In this document: in pieces, positions 12,591-24,268 of the stretch
How the letters are laid out: every line of letters starts with the position of its first letter
Position numbering within the stretch: position 1 is the stretch's first letter
NCBI RefSeq assembly: GCF_036321535.1
Contig: NC_087447.1
Span: 40,488,001-40,552,000 of the forward strand
Origin: Camelus dromedarius
Lineage: Eukaryota
DNA: 64,000 nucleotides
Reading direction: 5' to 3'
Notes under the pieces: model-generated
The model's input: the letters and a program-made list of their open reading frames with translations, nothing else
What the model was told of the DNA's origin: nothing
Databases searched by the model: none
Made by a program: the position numbers and the translations under genes

Positions 12591-12790
12591 GCAACACCCT
12601 CTTCCATCAGTCATTGTGACTCAGGTCCTGCAAGCCAGAGCATGAAGTTTGGAAAGCTTACACCCTTTGGCTGCCTTTGCCGAACACCACAGCACACTGC
12701 TGTCCTACCCATGTAAACCAGTGTCAGGAACTTCACACCACAGAGGACATATCTTCTATGACTGTCACTCTTCAAAGGCCTTGAGACTGT
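12591..12790 (+). pseudogene. aGPCR relic exon F (TM1-ICL1-TM2-TM3)
   Basis: Acceptor actttcag|12591. VLQAR/SMKFGKL/HPLAAFA ~ IFCARYSMFAAKLLTHMMAAS; HIFYDCHSSKAL (12748-12783) ~ HYLYLCQFSWML. End approximate. Confidence 0.65.
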
Positions 12791-13399
12791 GTCTCAAAAG
12801 ATCAGAATATGGGATGCATTCTCATTAACTCCCTTTTCAAACCATTGGTCAAGCAGTATTAAAAAGATTTTAAAATGTCTTTATGGAATTGAACTCTATT
12901 AAATAAATGTTTTAAATAATGTAAAAACTATGATGGATTTTGTGGACAGGAAAATCATGAAGGGGCCAAACATACCATTGTTTTTCTTACAACTCTATTA
13001 AGATGAACTGAACTTTAGGGTGGGTTATCTGTTGATAGCACACCCAGCTCCTACATCTTTCTTTCTGGAAGGTCTCGGAACACTAAAGCTGAGAAAACCA
13101 GAGGACTTTTCCTCTTGAGTCTGCGCCCCCTAGTTCCAGCTCAACCCTCAGCAGCCTCTTTAGGGGGTTCATCCTTCAGGATCTTTCTATGGCCTGTTGA
13201 TCACCTCTTCCCTCTGGTCACTACTGATGGTAGCACCAAGTACTAGTGTCTCCACTTGGCTTCAGGGCCATCTTTCTTTCTTAGATCTTGCACCTGTTTG
13301 ACTACTCCTTTCCACCTTCCCTGTTTCCTCTCAGTCTAGTCATCCTTGGTGTTGTCCAGGGTTTGTCTTTCTTCTTCCCTCTTGATTTTTCTTTTTCTG

Positions 13400-13780
13400 G
13401 CAGTGTCTTGAGGTACACTTAACACACCACAAAAAGCACCCATTCTAAGTGTACAGTTTGATGACTTTGGGTAAATGTGCACAGTTGTGCACGCACCACC
13501 ACAAAAAGTTTGGGAACAGTCCCATCATCGTCAAAAGCCCCTTCCTGCCTCATCTCTGACTCCAAAACCTCTTACCTGCTTTTCGTTGCTATTGTTTCGC
13601 CTTTCCTAGAATGTCATATAAATGGAATCATTGAGTCTGTTCTGTCTTGTGTCTGGCCTCTTTCACTTAGCATGATGTTTCTGAGATTCATCCATGTTAT
13701 TCAATGTATCAGTAATTTGTTCCTTTTAATTGTTCAGTAGTATTTCATTGTATGCATATATCACTTTCTGTTCCATTCAT
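13400..13780 (-). mobile_element. Old L1M 3' end
   Basis: aagtgtacagtttgatga..tttcacttagcatgatgtttctgagattcatccatgtt. Confidence 0.8.
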
Positions 13781-15789
13781 AGGTCTTAAAACTTTTTACC
13801 CACGCTGTTCCTCAGTCTCCCAATTTGTAAAGTGGGCACAATACTGGTAACTCAGAACGCAGTCTGGCACCTATGAGGTTCTCTATTAGCTCATATTATT
13901 ATATTTAATTATCTACTCATGGGTGGTACAAAGGTTTTACCATAAGGGGCTGAAACCAAGAACTTTCAGTGCAGATTTTGACTTCCTGTTTGTCAGTACA
14001 GCACCAATGGTAGGGCTCTGTGCATCTGTCCCCTCGGCCTGGAGGCAGGAGGGGAGGCGCGGAAGTGCGGTGTATCTGGGGAGTGGGAAGCGGTGCTGGG
14101 AGAGGGGAGTACTGCAGGGTGGGAAGAAGGAAGACGGGTAGGAATGGGTGGAAGAGAGAACAGAGTGGCAAATAGGGGAATGGGGAGGAAGGGGCTCTGG
14201 GGTCTGGGGGCGGGGCCTGGAGAGTGTGCATGGTAGGGGGGTGTCTGCCCCCAGGTGCTTTGGCTCAGCCTCCTTCCCTTACCCAGGGAGCCCCGGGTGG
14301 AGTCAGAGCCCCAAGATCATTCTGGAGGCAGTGCTCTCCTTTCTTGTTGGAAAGGCGTGGCCGAGTAAGCGAGAGAGGGGTGTGGCACGGGTTGTCCTAC
14401 CCAAGGCTGCTTCTCTGCCCACTGGTTCTAGGCCTATCAAGCCCAGGCCGCTGGATGGCTCTGATGAGCAGAAAAAACCAAGACAGCCAAGTTCTGTGTA
14501 CAATTCCTCGCTCTCCGCCAGAGGAAGAAGTGGGAGACACGCGCTCTGTTACAGCTTTTTAGCAAGTAAGGGGACTATCTTCTATATGAAGTGCGGTTGG
14601 CATTTAGTTTTCAGGAAATTATTTATTAAAACACCGAGAGGAAGAGATAGAGTCACATCCACTCCCAGGCCACTTCCTCAAATACACAGAAAGTATTTAG
14701 ATTTCAAAAACACCCTTCAGTGGAAGTGGTGCTAAGCCGGGTATCGAGGTAGTCCACACTCTTATCTCTAGGGTCCCTCTGTTACCTCAAATGAGTCATT
14801 AACATTCTGGGCTTCCCTTGTGTCATCTGTAGAAGGAATGATCTCCAAGACTTCTCAGTTTTGTAATTCTCTAAAGGCGGTCTGGTAGAGCTGAACCGCC
14901 TCAGTTCGTGCATGCTTAATCACATATGAAGGCTGCAAGCCTCCGTCCCTTCAGCAGCAAATGGTTACTATGGCAAAGAGAGTTCCAGGTGCTGGGGGTA
15001 CTGTGGTGGTGAGACAAGCCCTGTGCTCAGGATCTCCCATTAGCGGAGACTGGAGAAGCAAGCCCATCTTTTCTTTCCTGACTTCAGGGTCAGGGAGAAT
15101 GGATACCAGCTGTGTAGTATCCGGGGATCTGAGCAGAGGAAGGAGGAGGCTGTTTAGAGAAGCAGTGAGGGCTCTCAGACTGGGAAGAGGGGACAGTGTG
15201 CAAGAGCCAGCTGGTGTGGCGGGGGTGTCAATGGGAGCAGTGATGCAAGCATATGACTCACTTCTATGGGTCCAGGGAACAGACATTAACAACTGTTCTG
15301 GGGCCAAGTCAAGCACATCTTCCTGAGGGGGGGGGGGTCCCTATCCCCAACCAGGTGTTCCAGCATGGATGACTAATACAAACCTACCTTATCAAAAAGC
15401 CCTGTGTGATTGTGATTTGCCTGAAGGGAAGGGGCCAAGGGGCAGGCCATAGTATGTGGACCCTTTCAGGGCTGTATCTTATTCACTTGTTTCTTCAGAA
15501 ATCCCTAGCAGAGAGCCTTGCACATTGCTGTTTCTCATTTGCATTTTTATTTAAAAATTTTAAAAAAATCTTTTCTTTTTCATTTGTGTTTTTAAATTGA
15601 ATTAAATTTTAAATTTAATAAAAAGTGTGGTGGACTCTTCCCCACCTGCCTCACAACCACCCCCTTCTTCAAAAAACAAAACAAAACAAAACACCCAAAC
15701 CAAAAAACCAAATGAAACTCTGATAACAATAACAGAAACTTCCCTTGTTCATATGATCCTTGGTGCCTTTTAATATAGACAAAGGCTTT

Positions 15790-16240
15790 TATTCCATATT
15801 TAGGCCATTCCTGCAATATTGTGTTCCATTCTGGGCAACACTTTTGAAGAAGGACTTTATTGAGAACTGCAACACATCCAAGAGAGGATGAGCAAGATGA
15901 TTAGAAGCCTATAAATCATGTCATATGAGGAGCACTTGGGCATATGTGAACTGTTGGGACATAGCACTCAGTGGGGAGGTGACAGCTGCCTTCAAACGAA
16001 GTGAAAGGCTGCCCGGAGGAGAAGAAGGACTTATTTTATATTTCTCAGGTGAGGAGAAACTGTAGTGGGCTAATTTGGGCTAGCATGTCTGAGAACCTTT
16101 GAATGATTAGAACAGTCCAGAAATGAAATGAGCTGCCCCAGGAATCCTTGATTTACAATCAAGAGAGGTGTTTACTCAGAGGCTGGAGTCTGTATGTGGG
16201 GATTATTACAGGAGAATGGGATTTATATTTACTTTTTTTC
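15790..16240 (+). mobile_element. CR1/L3 LINE 3' fragment
   Basis: tattgtgttccattctgggca..ccaagagaggatgagcaagatgattagaagcct..catatgaggag resembles the CR1 ORF2 YCVQFW..QRRATKMI..SYEE region. Confidence 0.7.
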
Positions 16241-16556
16241 TGGAATCAGTTCTGTTTATGGAGAGGTGCCACAGGACTTAGTGAGTATGTGGGTTCATAG
16301 CCTGTTCCCTTTCTCCTTCCTACCAGGTCCTTCTTGTAAGCCACACTCTATTTACTTGTTTGCCAACCCTGATGAGTCAGAGGGGCAGGTTTAAAGAGGA
16401 GATGATAAGTAGTTTAAATTAACCTGTGGAATCTAGACTTGGGTTCTATTTTTATTGTGAGGTCAGTGGGGGTAGGTTTGGTTCACATACCCAGTGTGCT
16501 TCTCTCGCTTTGTCTTTTAGTTGGTTTAGTTGTCAACCTTATTTGATTTTGTTTAG

Positions 16557-17161
16557 ATTGGAGCCCAGCTTCATAGTCTGGGGTTTATCTTCAATAATAC
16601 AATGTGCTAAAGACAAAGTTATACCAGACATTTCCCCTTTCATTTTATATTATGGCTGCACCTGGCTCATTGCATAGCATCCTTTCTCATTTATTGGTAT
16701 GGGATGTGGAAACATTTTGAAAGCAGAAACACATTATACAAGCGTAAATTACTATTATGGATAATACGCAGTTCTTAGGGGAAAGTTTATGTAGATACTT
16801 ACTAGTACCTTTCCAGTAGAACATGGCTCTGTTGGTTTTATGATATGGTGTTAGATGCATACAGCTGTTATTGTAAATTGGCACCTTTAAGTTTTGGTGA
16901 CTTGGTATGTCTGTAGGTTTAAAAGGGGCTTTTATCCCAGATGCAGATGAAGTTTCATTGTTGATCTTCTGCTTTCTTAATCAAACATCACATACCACTT
17001 TGATACACTTTATCAAATGAAAGCATTCTCTTCTTTAAACTTCACTAAGTTGGCAAGTTGACAATAGAAGCTTTTTTTTTTTCTCCCTGCACTTTGAAGA
17101 GCACATTCTTAGGAAAGTAATCATTTCTATCTAAAGTACATGAAGTTCCTACCCATTCCAG
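16557..17161 (+). pseudogene. aGPCR relic exon G (end of TM3 to TM7)
   Basis: Acceptor ttttgtttag|16557; donor CAG|GTGAAT at 17162. IGAQ/SFIVWGL ~ MLIQSVNFWYVL; TRHFPFHFIL..YGMWKH ~ ERRYLLFFLL..KGIYHQ; DADEVSLLIFCFL (16940-16978) ~ NAAEIPLILYLFAL; IEAFFF..CTL ~ the TM7 QG-F-x-F-C-x-L pattern. Confidence 0.65.
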
Positions 17162-17490
17162 GTGAATCATCTTAACAGTGTTGCTAGACATATCCAATAC
17201 TGCTTACACTGCAATCAAATTATGTAATGTGCACTATGTGTAATATTACTAAAAGAATACTAGTGATTTACTTTGAGATATAGCTATCTTTAGTCTTACC
17301 ACCAATTATGTATTTGCTCATTTGGTGCTTGGTTTTTTTCTTTTCAAGGACCTATATCTCCCCCTCACTAACAAACCTCTTTAAGGTATGACCATAGCTA
17401 ATACTAGTGTAGGTCTGTCTGCATACAGTGACCATATAAATATTTATTATATGGATGACTGGAACTAACTGTTGTCTGCCTTATTTTAAG

Positions 17491-19170
17491 TATCATCAGT
17501 TGTAACCAGATGAACACCAGGTTCAAAAGCTGGTAATTATAAAGGAAAATTCAGAACAAGTCATCATTAAAGAAAAGATATAGCTAGAAAATTGAATAAG
17601 AAATGGAAGACTCCCATGAACCATCAGAATGTGCTTCAGCTGTGTAAGGAAAATGACGGCATGATGTTATATTCAGAAAACCTGAATTTTAAAAAAAAAA
17701 AAAAACTCTAACATCTTCCAATGCCTTGTCTTGTAAAAAGAGTAAAACTAAAAACAAACATTCTAAATATGACAAAAAGTTCTAGGCAATATCAAATCAA
17801 CCAAAGATTATATTTATCAGAACCTTACCTTTTCTCTTTCATCTTCATTCTTGTCTGTTATTGACAAGAAAAGAAAGAAGAGGAAAACACATTTAAAAAG
17901 TCTTAGCCAAGACTCATTGTCAGACATAACTTGTAAAAGCTTTTGTAGAAACCTCATCTCTCCCCAGAAAAGTGAAATCAAGACAAGGCCAAAAGAGCTG
18001 TAAATGTTCGTATGTTTGTCTGTCCAGAGGAAGGCAGTAACCACCAGGTTGCCAGGATTTCTAGAGATAATTACAATAAAGATCTTAAAACTGCTTCATA
18101 CTGTTTTGTTGATAGGATCTTAGTAGATTCCAAAAAGCAGAAAAAGACACACAAGGAAGCCATTGTGGGCCTTTTGTATTAGGAGTTGCCATCCCTGAAA
18201 TACACAGCTGCCTTCATAGCACAGAGCTTCCTTTGTCATCCAGTCCATCTGTGCTGGAATTGAAAACATGTAGCTAGAAGATGAATTTTGGGAGGAGAAC
18301 CTGAAAGATAAGAGGGCTTCTCAAACCCTGAAAAGATAGGCAGTAGTCTTGATCATAGTCAAGAGATTTTTTCTAACTCAAAAGATTAAAAAAAAAAATT
18401 GGACCTGTCCCCAGTAGTCCTTGTAATGGTTTGTCCTTAACAACTTCCAGACATGTCAGAGATGGACGTGAGGAAGGGAGTCACCATTTCATGATTCTAC
18501 AGAAATTGGGCAGAGGTCTTTATATGGAGAAGCAGTTCGACAGTACAGCCACCTTGCTCAGAGCAACCTAAGATCCTCTAAGAGAATCAGAAGCCATGTG
18601 GGCATCCAAGAGAGGGCCAGTCAGACGGAAGGTTTCTTCAGTTCTTCAGCTAACTATGGTTCCTCCTTGCTCTTCAGAAAGAAAGAAAGTAGGTGAACAG
18701 CCTCTGGTTTGAGTTTGGCTGGAAGAAGCAGGTCTTGGCTAAAAAGGGCTGAGAGTGTTTTGTAGCTTGCTGGATGCTAGCAATGAAGTTCATATGATTC
18801 CTTAGAATGTTTTGGAGACAGTGAGCCTTACTGATGACAATAATGAAGACTCAGGTATAATGAATAAAGTCCTTAGTGATTATAGCCAGATAGGAAAATG
18901 TGTTTGCCACAAGTTGCAAACAACAGATGAGATAACATCTATTCAGACAAAATTGAATTCATTCTGTTTTCTTAAAAAGCAAGTATGATATTAATATTCT
19001 GAAAAAGCCTTTAATGAAAATAAAAATAGAGACAAAGAGAAATGTTTAAGTCCAGAAATTACCCAGGAATATCAACTAATCCAAAATGCAAAGCAGAGTT
19101 TTTCAGTTTTTATGTTTGTGTTATTTTGTACTAAGAAAATAAAAAATCTTAGCATGATACACATAGATGC
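17491..19170 (+). pseudogene. aGPCR relic exon H (long hydrophilic cytoplasmic tail, decayed)
   Basis: Branch point CTAAC (17465-17469) plus ttttaag|17491 acceptor. About 1.6 kb with no recognisable repeat and Ser/Lys/Glu-rich broken reading frames, e.g. SVIDKKRKKRKTHLKSLSQDSLSDI. 3' end uncertain. Confidence 0.45.
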
Positions 19171-21221
19171 ACAAACATACGTATGTAATTTTGAATCTTG
19201 CATGTTTTGTTGTTGCTGTAAGTTGAAGGAAATGGGCTAAAGAAATAGGGAAACAGCAATTTCTTGGGATGTTAACATTGAATTATCAGCATATCTAGAT
19301 AAGACAATGTCAAATGAACTCCATTTTGACTAAGAATAGAAAGTAGTAATATTAGTTGTCTACCTTTCTAGAAAAAAAGTTTTTTTTTTTAAAAAGCATA
19401 TTAATCCTCAGCATAACTGTCTATTTCTAGGAAACAATTAAGTGAATAGTAAACATTTATTTATTAATGGTTTACAATGAGGAATTTTTGGCAAATATAA
19501 AAATGACCATATTTTGTTTATTTTTTCCAAAAGTTTTGGTGTCCTGTAGACAGTCTATGTTTAGGTTTCCTTATCATGTGAGAAGTAGTTATTTAAACAA
19601 AACTTAGAGTTTGATCCTTAGCTGCTGAATTAAATACTGTGCTTATTCTAAAGCATTATGCAGTTTAGAAATATGGGCACCTTTAGACAAATAGATGGTT
19701 GCTTAAATTGTGATCACATCACATAGGCTTTTCTTGCTATTGTTTAGGCAGTAAAATTTATGTTACTCCAAATATTTTTTAAAGATTCAAAACTCACTGT
19801 TTGGGAATGTAGGGTCTTAAATATTATTTGTACATTGTTCATGCATTACAATGAATAATATTTTGTAGTTACCTTTGACAACTGTGAGAGTAGATATATC
19901 ATGGTATATAGTCTAAACTGTTGTTGGAAAGTTATTATTTTTTAAAATATTGTTTTTATGTTTTCCATAATATGCAATATGTTTCTGTTTGCATTCATAA
20001 ACACTAAGGCACTTTTAGAGGTGTGCACAAATGTTCCTTGCCTGAAATCACTGGAAAACGGACTAAAGCATTTTCAATTTGTAGAACATACTCCTTGTCA
20101 GATGTTTTTGGTTCTTCATGCAATTGAGAAGCCACTCTCTGATTATGCTAAACGTTAATTTCCGAAAGTTTGGTAATGACGTTCGTTGTCACACCTCATT
20201 TGAAGTGAAGTTTGAGAAAGAAATAAAGTTATGGGTCTTTCCTTTTCCTCTACGGTCATTCCAAGGTAGAAATGCTTACTACCCCTGGACTTCCACTTGT
20301 CCATGTAGCCTTTGATTCCTTTGGTGTATATGGAAAGGGAAAGGCTGCAACCAGTGAAGCACATTTTAGGTGGAGGTCCTTTGTCGTGAGTGTACATGCC
20401 ATAAACACTGAACAGTGGCACCAAGATGCTCTTTCTATGGTTGCAGGATTGATGGGGCCAATGTGTCAGCCAAAAGCAAGAGCAATGCTTCACCCTTTGA
20501 GGCCCTGCTTCCCTGGGTAGACAGTTAGGGCTTATCCCTTCTGTCTATTTTGCAGGCCTGGGCTTTGCTAAAGAGCATTTGAGGAGAAGGAGATCTTTTC
20601 CTACTGACAAAGCTGTATCATCCCCTACAAATTGCACCCTGGATTGGCATAGTCATGGAACCACAGTAGAAAAACACAGGGAAGGATGGGGTGAGAAAGG
20701 TGTGAAGCTCATTGGCATAAGAAGGTACCATTTATCTGAATAAAAGTCAGGCCTTCTCCTGGGGATTACTTTTTTTTGTTTTTTGAAGAAAAGCTGGTCT
20801 TTAGGAAGTGGTCTTTTTTATTCCTAAGGACAAAGGAAAGTTCCAGTGCAGAACAGTCTGCCGCTCCTGAGCTCCGTGTCAGAGTCAGTTTAGGAAGGTC
20901 AGATGATGCAGCACTTCATGGTCTAAGACTGTTTGGGGGAGGAGCTGAGGTGGGGAGAGTGGAGGGAGGATGTGGAAGTCACAAGAGAACCACCCCCTGC
21001 TCACTTCTCTGGCTGCCCAGAGAACCCCTCCTGCATGGGATGGCCCTCCTCTGTGCGGGGGAGATGGTGATGCCACGGGGGTCTGCACTTGTATGGCCAA
21101 GAGTGCCTCCTCGGATCTCACTTAATAGAAGTCATGCATGCACATGGTAAACACTCAAATGATATAAAAGATATGCAGGGAAAGTAACTCTTCCTCTCAC
21201 TTTTTTTTTCTTCTTTTGTTT

Positions 21222-21711
21222 TAAGCAGAGAAAGATTTACTGCAGGGCCAAACAAGGAGAATGGGTGGCTCATGCTCAGAAACCTGAACTCCTGATGGTC
21301 TGGGGGGAGTTTTTATAGGCAAAATTTGGGTGAGGGCTGCAGGGTGTGTGACTTTCTTCTGACTCACTGGTGGGGAGGTAACAGGGTGTTGCTCCAGGAA
21401 TCTCAGCCTGAAGTTGCCATCCTTCACCTGGGTGGGAGCCTTATTTCCTACAGAAGAACGTAAAGACACCATTATATACATTCCTTGAGGAGGAACCAGG
21501 ACCCTGCCCCCAAGCTACACTGTTGTGCCTTGACTGTTCCTCCTTTGCTTCTGCATTCCCTCCCTTCCCTGACAAGCAACTGTTTGAACCTGCCCTTTGG
21601 AACTCAGGGAAGGTCAAGGAGGCTGAAGGAAGTCTATGTCCTACAAATAAGAAATGGGGAACATGGGAACGATTTGTACCACGGTGGACCCCACAGGGTC
21701 CTGCTGTTTCA
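21222..21711 (-). mobile_element. ERV1-class (MER41-like) LTR lacking U5, followed by an A-tail
   Basis: Minus strand starts TGAAACAGCAGGACCC (21711), contains TATAAAAA, and ends ctgcAGTAAAtctttctctgct followed by an A-rich run. Confidence 0.7.
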
Positions 21712-22429
21712 GCCAGATCTGGTTAATTCAAACTGCCAGCTCTGATTCTTTCACCCCCTTTTCCTGTCCTGTCTAGAAACCTTGCCATGCACATAACTCC
21801 CACCCCGGGAGTCTCAAATCTGCAGAGACAAGATAAGCACTTGCTTCTCATCAGACCCTGGGACTTTCCCTGGCTGCACACCCAGGTGAATGGTCAGCTG
21901 GGATTGCCCAGCCTTCCCTTGTCTTGGGATCAGAAATCAAGACTTTAAAGTTTTTCTCCAATGTCTCCCATGGGCTTGCTAGACAATCAGACTTCAGGAA
22001 CTTGCCAGAGCCTCCTGGAGGTGGCCTCCTGGCAGGGGAATACTTATAACAGCAGGGTAAATGGGTCCTGCTGAGTTCAAAGCACTTTGGCCCCGGTTAT
22101 CTTGTTATCATTGCAAAGGGCTTTCTGCCATCTACTTAGCATCTTGTAGACTTTGAGACTTGAAGAAGGATAGTGACATGTTGTGAACTTCCAGGGTGTG
22201 GTGGGAATGGTGAGAAAAGGGTTTTGGGGACAGTGAAACTGCTCTACAGGAACACAAAGCAGGATTGTTGTGTATAATGACAATCTTTGTATCGGAATGG
22301 GCTCCAAGTGAGGCAGGTCTGGTGATTTTAATCTCCTTTCAAGGTTTAGCTGCTCTGAGCTCTGTGAATTTCAAATAGTCTAATAGTCAGTTTGGCTAAT
22401 ACATTTATTTACTTAGAGACTTTCAAAAT

Positions 22430-23830
22430 TAAACCAATGAAGACCTGCCAAACACCTACCATGTGCTAGATACCATGTTAAGTGCTGTGGGAAATTCTGA
22501 GATGACTCACCGTCCCTGCCCTCTAGGAATTCATAGTCTGGTAGGGGATATAAGATATATAGATCAATAACTGAAATAGAAGGTGGAAAGTGACAATGAT
22601 TCAAGATAAATATAAATAAACTGTGAAGCAAATTCAGAGGAGGGAGAAATATGCAACAGCCAGTGAAAAAATCTGGAGTAAATTTTTAGATTAAGACATA
22701 CTTGCACTATACTTAAAGGATTAGAGATGCAGAGGGCATGCCAGGTGGAACTGCGGCAGAAAAGCCTGAGTGTGTATAGAATTGCCAAAAGTTTGGTTTG
22801 GCACCCAAAGGAAATAGGAAAGATAGACCGTAGGGGTCCTTCCCCTTTAGGCAATGAGCATCGCAGCAGCAGTGCAGTCTGATGGGATGAATGTTTTAGG
22901 AGGAGCCAGAAGCAGAATGTAGGACAGGAGGAAGGAAAGGACAGAATGTGGAGGACATCGGGCAATTATTAGGTTTGTTCAGGCAGGTGGAACAGAAGGG
23001 AGTGGGCAACCTAGATAAGTGTTTTAGAGTAGAATTAACACAACTTTGCAACTGATTATGAAAGGAGGCAAGGGACAGGCATGAATGAGAAATACTATGA
23101 AGTTTCTAAGCCATGGGTGGCTGAGGAATTTGTGGGACCAATAGACAGCAAAGCATATTTGGAAGGAAATAGGAGGAGTTCAGGTTTGGACAAGAGGAGT
23201 TTGAGATGGAAATTCAGGCTTAGAGTGTGGAGGGAAATATGTCTGGAGATATAGATGACCGTCTGTGTTGAGGAAACAAAGCAGTAGAATTCCATAAGGT
23301 TTCAGAGGAAGGAGGAAGGTCTATTCTCCACGAAGGAAGAATGAGCGGAGGTGTGAATGTGGCTCTGGGCTCTGAGGTCAGACAGACCCGATTTGGAACC
23401 CTAACTCTGCCACATACTTTCTGTGTGACCTTGGGCAAGATACCTGATCTCTCTAAGCCTCAGTCTCCTACCTGTAAAATGAGGTAGAAAATAGTCTGTT
23501 TTTTGGAGGAGACGTGAGGATTCAATAAAATGATAAATGTAAAATGTTTAGAATGTTGCCTGGCATATGCTCAGTAAAAGCTAGTTATTTCAAAATAAAG
23601 TATCACCACTAATAATGGAAGTGATTGTGGACAAAAACTTGGGGGCACTGACCTTCTTTGGGCATGGGGGAAGAGAAGTCAGAGAGGAAGACAGGAAGAA
23701 ACAACAGAAGAGGATCAATAGACTGTAATTTTGCAGCATAAGGAGAGCATTCCACAAGGACTTGGTGGCCATGGTTATCAGTTAAAATGAGAAGTTAAGT
23801 TAGATGAGTGTAGAGAAAACACCATTAAAT
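22430..23830 (-). mobile_element. LINE-2 fragments interrupted by a MIR (about 23355-23590)
   Basis: ccctgccctctagg..atagtctggt; gagttcaggtttggaca..gagtttgagatg; MIR gtgtgaccttgggcaag. Confidence 0.65.
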
Positions 23831-23842
23831 TTGGAAGAGGAA

Positions 23843-24268
23843 GATATTAGTTTGCTAGGGCCTTTATAACAGTACCACAAACTAGGTGGCTTAAACAGCA
23901 GAAATGTACTATCTCACAGTTCCAGAGACTAGAAGTCCAAAATCAAGGTGTTGGGAGGGCTGGTTCCTTCTGAGAGAGTAAGAAAGGGTTGATTCCATGC
24001 CTCTCCTCTAGCCTTTGGCGGTTTCCTGGAGATCTTGTCATTCCTTGGCTTGTAAACAGAACACCCCAATTTCTGCTTTTGTCCTTATGGCATTCTCCCT
24101 GTGACACCAGTCATATTGGGTTAGGGGGCCCACCCTCCTCCAGTATGATCTCATTTTAACTTGTTATATCTGCAACAACCCTATTTCCAAATAAGATCGT
24201 GCACTGAGGTACTGGGGGTTAGAACTGCAATATGTGAATTTGGTGGGAACACAGTTCCACTTGTGACA
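23843..24268 (-). mobile_element. MLT1C-type solo LTR
   Basis: tattagtttgctaggg..gtaccacaaactaggtggcttaaaca..ccctatttccaaataag..ctgaggtactgggggttag. Confidence 0.85.

Larger units (their letters stand above)
2165..19170 (+). pseudogene. Decayed multi-exon adhesion GPCR gene (ADGRV1/VLGR1-like paralog): GAIN-GPS-7TM-tail part; the 5' portion probably lies upstream of the window
   Basis: Eight candidate exons with AG acceptors, most with GT donors. Their frameshift-tolerant translations match ADGRV1 motifs (recalled from memory) in colinear order. Many in-frame stops and frameshifts. Confidence 0.7.

Noticed and set aside
14148..14735. Longest ORF in the track (195 aa, +)
   Set aside because: GTG start, G-rich low-complexity origin, no recognisable domain; expected by chance in GC-rich DNA.
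14951..15326. Pair of overlapping antiparallel 121-aa ORFs
   Set aside because: No homology recognised; one end resembles an L2/MIR-type repeat; GC-rich and stop-poor by chance.
16557..17161. Alternative identities considered for this block (FAM124-like, CELSR-type 7TM, endogenous viral element)
   Set aside because: FAM124 motif spacing does not fit. The CELSR resemblance is generic class-B 7TM, while the upstream exons match ADGRV1-type motifs better. The intron-exon structure argues against a viral insertion.
17829..17854. Minus-strand 26-nt micro-exon with strong pyrimidine tract, CAG acceptor and GTAAGG donor
   Set aside because: The pyrimidine tract is simply the complement of the plus-strand Lys/Arg-rich relic (KKRKKRK), and no partner minus-strand exons were found.
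2165..19170. Calling the relic ADGRV1 itself
   Set aside because: Divergence is far beyond mammalian orthologs, the exon structure is compact and different, and disablements are pervasive; gene symbol withheld.
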